Assembly: GCA_050309605.1 (NCBI GenBank)
Contig: JBNRMN010000020.1
Location: 1 to 64,000 of the forward strand
Direction: 5' to 3'
From: Anaerohalosphaeraceae bacterium
Lineage (GTDB): Bacteria; Planctomycetota; Phycisphaerae; Sedimentisphaerales; Anaerohalosphaeraceae
DNA length: 64,000 nucleotides
Numbering within the stretch: the first letter of the stretch is position 1; the number at the start of each line of letters is the position of its first letter. A program made the position numbers and the translations under genes. Under the pieces are notes generated by a model. That model did not search any database. It was not told where the DNA came from and saw nothing but the letters and a program-made list of their open reading frames with translations. This document shows positions 39,691 through 50,426 of this stretch, in pieces.

Positions 39691-40713
39691 TTTTTCCTTG
39701 ATGGCTTTAATCATCATCGGAATGACCTGCATCAGATCGCCGACGATTTTATAGTGCGCAATACTGAAGATCGGCGCTTCGGGGTCATTGTTGATGGCGA
39801 TGATCTTCTGGCTTTCGCTCATTCCGGCCTGATGCTGAATAGCGCCGCTGATGCCGGCGGCCACATACAGAATCGGCCGCACGGTCGTCCCTGTCTGACC
39901 GATTTGATGGTCGCGGTCAATAAAACCCAGATCAACGGCGGCGCGGGTGGCTCCGGGCGCTGCGCCCAGACAATGGGCCAGATCCCAGATGAGTTTGAAG
40001 TTGTCTTTGCTGCCGACGCCGGCGCCGCCGGCGACGATGACGCGTGAGGCCTTGAGGTTGACTTTGCGCTGCTGGCGATGCTCGGCCAAAATCTCAATGG
40101 CCAAATCGTCCTGCGACAGATGCACAGTTTCTTTGACGACCTGCGCCTTTTTGCTGACATTCGGCGTCGGCATCGGCATAACACCCTCGCGCACAGTGGC
40201 CATCTGCGGCCAGCGGTCATAATTGATGATCGTCGCGATGATATTGCCCCCGAAGGCCGGGCGAATCTGAAGCAGCAGATTCTCGAAGACCTGACCGGTT
40301 TTTTTGATCTCATGGCTGCCGATTTGCAGATCGGTGCAGTCGGCGGTCAGTCCGGCTTTCATCGTACTGGCCACACGCGGCGCCAGATCGCGCCCGCAGG
40401 GAGAAGCGCCATACAGCACAATCTGCGGTTTATATTTTTCAATCAGACCGCAGATGATTTTGGCGTAACTGCCGGTCTGATAATGCTCAAGCAGCGGATG
40501 CTCGGCCAGATAGACCTTGTCGGCCCCGTAATGGCCGAGCCGTTCACACTGATCGGCGACCTGACTGCCGAGCAAAACAGCCGCCAGCGGGACGTTAAGT
40601 TTGTCGGCCAATTCGCGTCCCTTGCTCATCAGCTCAACGGGGACTTCTTCCAGCTTGCCGGCGTGCTGCTCGGCAAAGATCCACACCTCTCCCTGTTTAT
40701 TGACTTCTATCAT
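39685..40713 (-). CDS. etfA: Electron transfer flavoprotein alpha subunit
   Basis: GLTADCT, RPAFGGN, QIGQTG.TV.P, GISGAIQH.AGM; start 40713 after AAGGA. Confidence 0.96.
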   Translation of the reverse strand: MIEVNKQGEVWIFAEQHAGKLEEVPVELMSKGRELADKLNVPLAAVLLGSQVADQCERLGHYGADKVYLAEHPLLEHYQTGSYAKIICGLIEKYKPQIVLYGASPCGRDLAPRVASTMKAGLTADCTDLQIGSHEIKKTGQVFENLLLQIRPAFGGNIIATIINYDRWPQMATVREGVMPMPTPNVSKKAQVVKETVHLSQDDLAIEILAEHRQQRKVNLKASRVIVAGGAGVGSKDNFKLIWDLAHCLGAAPGATRAAVDLGFIDRDHQIGQTGTTVRPILYVAAGISGAIQHQAGMSESQKIIAINNDPEAPIFSIAHYKIVGDLMQVIPMMIKAIKEKV

Positions 40714-40767
40714 CTTAATATCCTTATCGATTCGCCGTCTGTCTATCACTGAATACTGAAAACCAAC

Positions 40768-41655
40768 CTAACCGATCGTGTGATCCACGATCAATTCGTG
40801 CACCATTGCATCAATTCCCGACTGGGTCGGCTCGATATCCTTGGCTTCTTTGGCCGTCAGTACAACACTCTGGATGCGATGCACCTTGGTCGGGGAGCCG
40901 TCGCGACCGCACCACTGCAAATCCGCCCCCAGATAATCCAGATCCCATTGATGAATCAGCAGCCCTTTGTCGTCCAGCATTTGACACATCGCTTCAACAT
41001 CAACGGACGGATTGTCTTTGGCCATGGCCTCGATTTCGATACGGCATTTAGCCGCCTTGCATTTCATCAGCCGCAACGCCCGCGGCACTCGCGGCTCATT
41101 GGCGCTGTCCACCACCGTCAGCAGCGCCGGCAGCGCGGTTTTGACCTCCTGCCAGCCATTGCCCAGATTGCGGCGGGCCACAAGGGTTGTGCCGTCCAGT
41201 TTGAGAATGTGTTCGACATAGGTCACCTGCGGCAGCCCGAGTTTTTCAGCCGTTTGCGGACCAACCTGGGCTGTATCGCCGTCGATGGCCTGTCGGCCGC
41301 ACAGGACGATATCCGGATTGAGCTTCCGCACACCGCAACTGAGGATATAGCTTGTCGCCAGCGTATCGCTGGCCGCACACCGCCGGTCGGTAATCAGCAC
41401 GGCCCGATCCGCACCGCGATACAGCGCTTCGCGCAGCATATCAGCCGCCGTCGGCAGGCCCATCGTGATGACCGTGACCGACCCGCCGTGAGTATCCTTA
41501 ATTCCCAGCGCCATTTCCAGCGCATTCAAGTCTTCCGGGTTAAAAATCGCCGGCAGTGCCGCTCGATTGACCGTCCCGTCTTCATTCATGGCCTGGCCGG
41601 TAATCCGCTTGGTATCCGGTACCTGCTTGACCAATACGACACAATGATATCCCAC
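40768..41655 (-). CDS. etfB: Electron transfer flavoprotein beta subunit
   Basis: KQVPDT, NPEDLNALE, DTLATS, GRQAIDGDTAQVGP, GSPTKV; GTG start with GGAGG. Confidence 0.96.
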   Translation of the reverse strand: MGYHCVVLVKQVPDTKRITGQAMNEDGTVNRAALPAIFNPEDLNALEMALGIKDTHGGSVTVITMGLPTAADMLREALYRGADRAVLITDRRCAASDTLATSYILSCGVRKLNPDIVLCGRQAIDGDTAQVGPQTAEKLGLPQVTYVEHILKLDGTTLVARRNLGNGWQEVKTALPALLTVVDSANEPRVPRALRLMKCKAAKCRIEIEAMAKDNPSVDVEAMCQMLDDKGLLIHQWDLDYLGADLQWCGRDGSPTKVHRIQSVVLTAKEAKDIEPTQSGIDAMVHELIVDHTIG

Positions 41656-41801
41656 GAATAAGCCTCCATGTAGAGAATTTCAATCAATCCGCTCTTGCAA
41701 AGCCCCGTAGTGTAGCCCGATTTGCACGCAAGTCAAACAAAAAAATACCCCTTTTTTAACCTCCGAAAAAAGGTAATACAGACTGAAGTCCCAACATACC
41801 C

Positions 41802-42833
41802 TCAACGGCACACGCGAAATCCAAGGCGACTGTCCATGTCAGCAGGCATGTAGCCGGTTCGATACGACACCCTGCAGTGGACAGGGGCGTAACTCCAGCC
41901 GCCGCCACGGGTAACGCGCCCGGCACCGAGGTCTGAACTGGTCCATTCCCATACATTACCCGACATATCCGCCAATCCGTACCCGAAAGTCCCGAAATAG
42001 CCGACCTCACTGGTGCCATGCTCGGCCCAGGGGTGATTGGGAAGTTCTTTGGGGGAAATATCTTCGCTTCCGTTTGCATTGTAGTTTGCCAGGAACCTTT
42101 CGCTGTCATAGAGCGCGTTCCCGGTGGCATAGGTACGTTCATCGGTATAGCCGGCGACGGCTTGCCACTCCTGTTCGGTCGGCAGTCGCCAGCCATAATA
42201 GTGGGCAAAGACCATCGCTCCATACCAACTGACATACGTTACAGGATGGTTTTCAAAGCCGCTATCGACGGTAAATTGGCCGTCGCTGTATTTGATTCTG
42301 GATGCACCGCCATTGGTGGCCCCAAAACCCGGACTACCGGGCCCATCCAACCGGTAATAGTTTTGATTCTCATAAGGCCCCCTGCTGCCCTCGACATGGC
42401 TGCCTTCAACCCGAATGTCATTTGAAGCCAGGGCGGCATTAAGATACAGGGCATATTGGGCGTTGGTGGTCTCGTACCGGCCCATCCGGCCACTAAAGCC
42501 CGAATTGCTGATCGTAACCCATATCATATCGGGTTCATTTGCGCTCTTTAGCCACGAGTCGGCCAATATGGAAAAATCAGGAAGACCGACGGCACCATCA
42601 CGATTAAGATCGGCTCCCTGACACCACTGCGGCCAAGCGCAATCCGTTCTGAGCCACTGCTCAGCAAACAACACGAAATCGCAGATAGTCACCATTCCGT
42701 TGCCGTCCAGATCAGGTGAACCGAATAGCTCGTTGACAAATGCAGTATCCTGAGCAGGTGTGAAATTGGATGTGTTTTCGCAGTATCCCATCAACAACAT
42801 CGCCAAACACACATAAAGTGTTCCCATCGTCAT
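41802..42833 (-). CDS. Exported protein with dockerin-like repeats and FGE-sulfatase (SUMF1, C-lectin fold) domain
   Basis: DLDGNGMV..DF..FAEQWL and DLNRDGAV..DF..LADSWL; YETTNAQY, HPVTYVSW, RLPTEQEW, DMSGNVWEW, RGGGW, LGFRV. Confidence 0.9.
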   Translation of the reverse strand: MTMGTLYVCLAMLLMGYCENTSNFTPAQDTAFVNELFGSPDLDGNGMVTICDFVLFAEQWLRTDCAWPQWCQGADLNRDGAVGLPDFSILADSWLKSANEPDMIWVTISNSGFSGRMGRYETTNAQYALYLNAALASNDIRVEGSHVEGSRGPYENQNYYRLDGPGSPGFGATNGGASRIKYSDGQFTVDSGFENHPVTYVSWYGAMVFAHYYGWRLPTEQEWQAVAGYTDERTYATGNALYDSERFLANYNANGSEDISPKELPNHPWAEHGTSEVGYFGTFGYGLADMSGNVWEWTSSDLGAGRVTRGGGWSYAPVHCRVSYRTGYMPADMDSRLGFRVCR

Positions 42834-42993
42834 TCTCCCTGTCGAAAGAGTTTCTGCCCCAAAAAAAGAGAAAAGCCTGCCCTTGGCAGTCTCTGCATGC
42901 CGGTTCGGTGGATTATCCCTTTCGGGTTGAAATAATCCTTGTTTCGTTCATTTTGTTGCGGTTCCATGGTCACACGACCATTTGGATAGTCTG

Positions 42994-43022
42994 ATAATAG
43001 CAGGAATTCTACCAAAAAACAA
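42994..43022 (-). promoter_or_regulatory. sigma70-type promoter for the FGE gene
   Basis: TTGTTT-N17-TATTAT with TG extension; implies a leader of about 155 nt. Confidence 0.5.
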
Positions 43023-43164
43023 AGGATTTTTCGTTTTGTCGCCTTGGGCGTTTGGTTGAAAACCGCGAACTTGGGTTTTTCCTCACTGTCATTCTGGCAT
43101 ATTGGTTTTTTTTGACTCATATTTAAGTGCTTTTAATGAAAGAGCTTGCATCTTAACCCCAATT

Positions 43165-43180
43165 CGGCACGGTGTTTGCT
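43165..43180 (+). promoter_or_regulatory. sigma54 promoter of clpB
   Basis: CGGCACGGTGTTTGCT, GG-N10-GC, 78 nt before ATG; upstream TGTCA-TTC-TGGCA palindrome at 43087-43099. Confidence 0.7.
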
Positions 43181-43257
43181 CACTTAAAATAACAATGTAC
43201 GATTACTTTAAAAATGATGCGATTTGGATAATACAAGAAAAAGGAAAACGATAGACC

Positions 43258-45840
<2,583 letters not shown>

Positions 45841-45890
45841 CCCGATTACTGCTCAGACGCTCTCAGCGGCAATGAGCTGCCTTCAGCCAT

Positions 45891-45917
45891 AAAAAAAGGC
45901 CTGCCGAAGCAGACCTT
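45891..45917 (-). terminator. Intrinsic terminator after 6S RNA
   Basis: AAGGTCTGC-TTCG-GCAGGCCTT followed by a U tract. Confidence 0.8.
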
Positions 45918-45921
45918 CATG

Positions 45922-46121
45922 GTTAGGCAGAACCTCCGCTGATGCCGTGCAGCAGCCTTTGAAAGTAACCCCGTAATTTCACGTGGGCGGCCGTTGCGGT
46001 CGTCCAAACGTCCTGTCGTGCAGGCGTGTTTGATCCGATACCGACCTGGCCTCCCATGGGGACTTCATCGGTTCTTTCAAATAGCGGCTTCTGTCACGCA
46101 CACCGCAGGGGTCAACCCACA
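45922..46121 (-). ncRNA. ssrS: 6S RNA
   Basis: About 200 nt with its own promoter and terminator; 5' GACCCCTGCGGTGTGCGTG pairs with 3' GCACGGCATCAGCGGAGGTT; internal GGGAG/CCCAC; lies just downstream of pheT. Confidence 0.8.
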
Positions 46122-46127
46122 ATGTTT

Positions 46128-46156
46128 ACTATACCATATTGTCGGCAAAAAATCAA
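46128..46156 (-). promoter_or_regulatory. sigma70 promoter of ssrS
   Basis: TTGATT-N17-TATAGT with TG extension. Confidence 0.7.
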
Positions 46157-46234
46157 GCGCCTGTCCAGCCAAATCAGCACTGCTGTCTCAAGTAACACAA
46201 AAACAATCAGTTACAGATTATTTTTTCGGCGGCA

Positions 46235-48253
46235 TTAAGCGGTTCGCAACTCGGCGTTTAACTGTTCGGCGAGAATCCCCACCACCGCCTGCTGGAAGCC
46301 ATCGACGATGTCGTGTCGCAGCGTGCCCTGCTCGTCGCGAAACCGCAGCGAGAGGGTGATGCTTTTCTTTCCGTTAGGTATCGGTTTTCCTCGGTATAGT
46401 CCGCTAAAATCGATGTTTTCCAGTACATCAGGGGCGGCCCGGCGAACAAGGGCGTCTATCTGTTCCCAGCGGACTGATTCATCGACGATCAGCGACAGAT
46501 CGCGCACAATCGCCGGGAATCGCGGAATCGGTTTGGCCGTCGGAATACCGTCGGCCATACCGAGCAGCGTTTCCACATCCAGCTCAGCCGCGCACACCGT
46601 CGAACGGTCCAGATCAAAAACCTTGGCCGTCTGTGCAGAGACAACCCCGGCGATCCCCACTTGCGCGTCGCCGATATGCAGTGACGCGCCGGCGCCGGCC
46701 CATTTCAAATCCATCGGTTTGACCATCAATTGGTCCGTCAGACAAATGCGCTGAATCAGTCCTTCGACCACGCCGCGAAGCTCGCGGAACTGCCCTTGCA
46801 TCACCAGCCCTAAACGCATCCGTTCACAGGGCAATGAATCGGGATTGTCGGAGGGGATGAAGGTATCGGCCATCTCGAAAAATCGACAATCCGTGTTGCC
46901 GACATTGTTATTGGATTGCAATACGGAGACAAGCGGGCCGACGAGATTTTGCCGCAGGAAACTGGTGTGCGTTTGGCCGACATCCTGAGCCGACAGATGG
47001 GCCTCGGCAGGATTATCGCTGAACAGCTCGGCGATCTGCTTATCGACAAACGAAACCGTGACCGTTTCGTAAAATCCGCAGCCGATTAGATAGGCGGCGA
47101 TTTTTTCGAGCGTCTTTTCTTTGAGGCCGGGACGAGCCACCTCAATATGAATCTTCGGCTCAACGGGAATCTTGTCGTATCCATAACAGCGCGCGACTTC
47201 TTCGACCAGATCGGCTTCGCGGTAAATATCATGCCGCCACGAAGGAACCGTGCAAACGACCAGATCATCGGTTCGGGCTTCGGGCAAAAACCCCAGCGCC
47301 GAGAATATGTTCATAACACTGTCTTGGGGAACCTCGATACCCAAAAGCTGTCTGACGCGGGAAATCCGCATTCCGACGGTTTGCGGTTCGAGCTTTCCGG
47401 GATAGGCATCCGCCAGACCACGAACAATCTGACCGCCGGCGACCTGAACAATCAATCGGGCACATCGGCGCGAGGCCCACTCGATTTGTTCGCGATCCAC
47501 CTGCCGCTCAAATCGATACGACGCTTCGGAATTCAGCCCCAACCGGCGGGCGGTCGTGCGGATGCAGACCGGGTCGAAGTGCGCCTCTTCGAGCAGGATT
47601 GTCGTGGTGGTGTCGCTGACCTCGGTATCAAGGCCGCCCATCACGCCGGCGACCGCAACGGGATTCCGTTCGTCGGCAATCACGAGCATTTGCTCGTTCA
47701 GATCGCATCGGGTTCCGTCGATGCTGACGATGCGTTCGCCGTTTTTGGCGCGGCGGACGGTGATGGTCTTGCCGTTGAGGGTGTCATAATCAAAGGCGTG
47801 CGGCGGCTGGCCGTGCTCCAGCATCGCGTAGTTGGTGGCGTCCACCACGTTGTTGACACTGCGCAGGCCCACTGCCTCCAGACGACGCCGCATCCAATCG
47901 GGCGACGGGCCGACGGTAACGCCGGTTATAACCCGTGCCGTATAGCGGCCGCACAAGACCGGATCGGCAATCCGGACATCAACAAACTCGCTGATATCTC
48001 GGTCGGACTGCTCAAGTTCGGCTTCCGGAATCACCAGCTCACTGCCCAGGGACGCGGCCAGCTCGCGGGCCAGACCGATATGCCCCAGACAGTCCCCGCG
48101 ATTGCTGGTCAGTTCCACATCAAGAACGGTATCGTTTCCGACTTTCTCAATGCTTTCTATCGGGAATCCGCGATCACTTAGAATGTCGCCGATGTGTTCA
48201 GCCGACAGGTCAAAGGCCACATACTCCCGAAGCCATTCCAACGAAATCTTCAT
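46235..48253 (-). CDS. pheT: Phenylalanine-tRNA ligase beta subunit (short, lacking the B2 OB-fold insert)
   Basis: MKISLEWLREY, TSNRGDCL...GLARE, NNVVDATNY, PSWRHDI.READL.EEVAR, RDLS..SLRFR. Confidence 0.96.
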   Translation of the reverse strand: MKISLEWLREYVAFDLSAEHIGDILSDRGFPIESIEKVGNDTVLDVELTSNRGDCLGHIGLARELAASLGSELVIPEAELEQSDRDISEFVDVRIADPVLCGRYTARVITGVTVGPSPDWMRRRLEAVGLRSVNNVVDATNYAMLEHGQPPHAFDYDTLNGKTITVRRAKNGERIVSIDGTRCDLNEQMLVIADERNPVAVAGVMGGLDTEVSDTTTTILLEEAHFDPVCIRTTARRLGLNSEASYRFERQVDREQIEWASRRCARLIVQVAGGQIVRGLADAYPGKLEPQTVGMRISRVRQLLGIEVPQDSVMNIFSALGFLPEARTDDLVVCTVPSWRHDIYREADLVEEVARCYGYDKIPVEPKIHIEVARPGLKEKTLEKIAAYLIGCGFYETVTVSFVDKQIAELFSDNPAEAHLSAQDVGQTHTSFLRQNLVGPLVSVLQSNNNVGNTDCRFFEMADTFIPSDNPDSLPCERMRLGLVMQGQFRELRGVVEGLIQRICLTDQLMVKPMDLKWAGAGASLHIGDAQVGIAGVVSAQTAKVFDLDRSTVCAAELDVETLLGMADGIPTAKPIPRFPAIVRDLSLIVDESVRWEQIDALVRRAAPDVLENIDFSGLYRGKPIPNGKKSITLSLRFRDEQGTLRHDIVDGFQQAVVGILAEQLNAELRTA

Positions 48254-48306
48254 AGTAAAAGGCTCGTCAATTAGGTTAACGACTTGCAATACCCATAAAG
48301 ACGACA

Positions 48307-48335
48307 AGGATAACCGACCGCGGCACAAATGTCAA
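48307..48335 (-). promoter_or_regulatory. sigma70 promoter of pheT
   Basis: TTGACA-N17-TATCCT. Confidence 0.6.
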
Positions 48336-48457
48336 CGGGCTGATTGAGGAGATAAAAGACGTCAATTTCTTTCTTGAATCTGTCTTTGACAACGGAGAGC
48401 ATTCAACGCACGTTTTAGCCTTTGACGGCTGAAAATGTGAATTGTCTTCAGTCGGGA

Positions 48458-49726
48458 TTATTCATGACGCAGGGCGATGATCGGATCGACGCGGGCGGCG
48501 TTGGCGGCCGGATACAGGCCAAAGACAATGCCCACGGCAATGCTGATAATCATCGGCAGCAGGATGCTTAACGGCGTCACAACCGTCGGCATTCCCGAAA
48601 AGAACGTAATCAGTATCGGCGTCAATACGCCCAGTGCAATACCGACCAGGCCCCCAATCGTTGAAAGTACGATCGTTTCGATCAAAAACTGGATGATGAT
48701 CTGTTTGCGTTTGGCGCCAATTGCGCGGCGGATGCCGATTTCGCGCGTGCGTTCAGTCACCGAGGCCAGCATAATATTCATAATCCCGATGCCGCCGACC
48801 AGCAGGCTGATGCCGGCGATGGAGCCGAGCACGATATTGAAGGTGCGCTTGGTCGCCTCGGCCTGCCGCAGCAGAGCCAGCGGAACGCTGATCTCGTAAT
48901 CGTTCTTCCGGTGAAATCGCTCCAGCATTCGTTCGATGGCCCCGGCGGTCGCCTCAACGTGTTCAATGTCGTCAATCTGGGCGATAATCTGATGCAGCTC
49001 CACTCTCTCGCGGATTCGCGAACCGGCACTGTATTGTGTATAGACATCGCCGAAATACCGCCGGGCCACCCGCAGCGGAATATAGACATCCACATCCTGG
49101 TCGGGAATCTGCATATTGCCGGCCTGCCCCGATTCGCTCTTGATGATGCCGACAACCTCAAACGTGTCGCCGCCGATTCGGATTTTCTGACCGATGGTGC
49201 TTTGGGTCGCCAGCAGCCGACGTGCGCCGTATTCGGTCAGCACCGCAACGGGATTGAACCGTTCTTCATCTTCCGCACGCAATACGCGCCCGGCAACAAT
49301 CTCGCGCGGCACCAAATCAAACCACGCCTGCGTTGTCCCGACAATCCGCAGTTCCATCGCACGCGATCCCAGGCGCGATTCTTTTCTTAACAATTTGACC
49401 GGCGCAAGCGCTCGAACCGCCGGATAACTTTCGCCAAGACGTGAAAAATCAGTGTACGTCAGGCCGTAAATACTCATCACAGCCCGCGTTGTCGAAGTGC
49501 CCTCCTCTTCGACCGGTTTAACGGATGTCAGGATAATATTGTTGCTGCCGAGCTTGCGAATCTGCTCCATCGCCTCTTGACTTGCGCCCTCTCCGACCGA
49601 CAGCATCGCCACAACACTGCCGACACCGAAGACCACACCGAGCATCGTCAGAAACGACCGCAGCTTATGCAGCAGCAGATTTTCAATACCCAGTGCAATA
49701 TTTCGAAAAAACCGGCTCTGTTTCAT
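48458..49726 (-). CDS. MacB-like ABC transporter permease
   Basis: RSFLTMLGVVFGV, GGIGIMNIMLASVTERTREIGIRRAIGA, FGLYPA..DPI.ALRHE. Confidence 0.93.
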   Translation of the reverse strand: MKQSRFFRNIALGIENLLLHKLRSFLTMLGVVFGVGSVVAMLSVGEGASQEAMEQIRKLGSNNIILTSVKPVEEEGTSTTRAVMSIYGLTYTDFSRLGESYPAVRALAPVKLLRKESRLGSRAMELRIVGTTQAWFDLVPREIVAGRVLRAEDEERFNPVAVLTEYGARRLLATQSTIGQKIRIGGDTFEVVGIIKSESGQAGNMQIPDQDVDVYIPLRVARRYFGDVYTQYSAGSRIRERVELHQIIAQIDDIEHVEATAGAIERMLERFHRKNDYEISVPLALLRQAEATKRTFNIVLGSIAGISLLVGGIGIMNIMLASVTERTREIGIRRAIGAKRKQIIIQFLIETIVLSTIGGLVGIALGVLTPILITFFSGMPTVVTPLSILLPMIISIAVGIVFGLYPAANAARVDPIIALRHE

Positions 49727-49727
49727 C

Positions 49728-50426
49728 TTAACTCTCTTCGATCCGATCCACCCGACCGTCTTTCATATGCAGCCGGCAGCGGGCATGCGCCGCAATATCC
49801 GGCTCATGCGTGACCATAATGATTGTTTTCCCTTCGTCGTACAGTTCTTCCAGCAGTTGCATGATCTGAACCCCCGTGGCACTGTCCAGGTTGCCCGTCG
49901 GCTCATCAGCCAGCAGCAGATGCGGGTCATTGGCCAGCGCACGGGCAATCGCCACACGCTGCATCTGGCCGCCCGACAATTCCGTCGGCCGGTGATTGAG
50001 CCGGTCTTCAAGACCCACACGCCGCGCCAACTCAAGGGCGCGAGCAGCGCTTTGCTCGGCCTCCCAGCCCAGATAATACAACGGCAGTTCGATGTTCCGC
50101 TGTACCGTCAGTTGCGGAATCAGATTGAAACTCTGGAAGATAAAGCCGATATGCCGCAATCGGCGCTCGCTGAGATTATCATCGTCAAGCATGCCCACGT
50201 CCTGCCCTTCGAGCAGATACCGTCCTTCGCTCAAACGATCCAGACAGCCGATAACATTCATCATCGTACTTTTACCGGAACCGCTGGGGCCCATAATCGC
50301 CCAGAAACTGCCGCGTCTGAAAGACACACTGACCCCATCCAGAGCGCGGACTTGCTGATTGCCCATGTGATAAATCTTCCGCGCTTGATGAAGGCTGACA
50401 ATGTCGCCGTTTTGAGTCGTCGTCAT
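49728..50426 (-). CDS. ABC transporter ATP-binding protein (LolD/MacB type)
   Basis: [27 protein letters not shown]. Confidence 0.95.
   Translation of the reverse strand: MTTTQNGDIVSLHQARKIYHMGNQQVRALDGVSVSFRRGSFWAIMGPSGSGKSTMMNVIGCLDRLSEGRYLLEGQDVGMLDDDNLSERRLRHIGFIFQSFNLIPQLTVQRNIELPLYYLGWEAEQSAARALELARRVGLEDRLNHRPTELSGGQMQRVAIARALANDPHLLLADEPTGNLDSATGVQIMQLLEELYDEGKTIIMVTHEPDIAAHARCRLHMKDGRVDRIEES

Noticed and set aside
42860..42950. c-di-GMP-I or cobalamin riboswitch
   Set aside because: GAAA tetraloop and GAGACTGCC are present, but the GGCAAA/ACGCAAA and B12-box cores are missing; kept only as an unknown structured leader.
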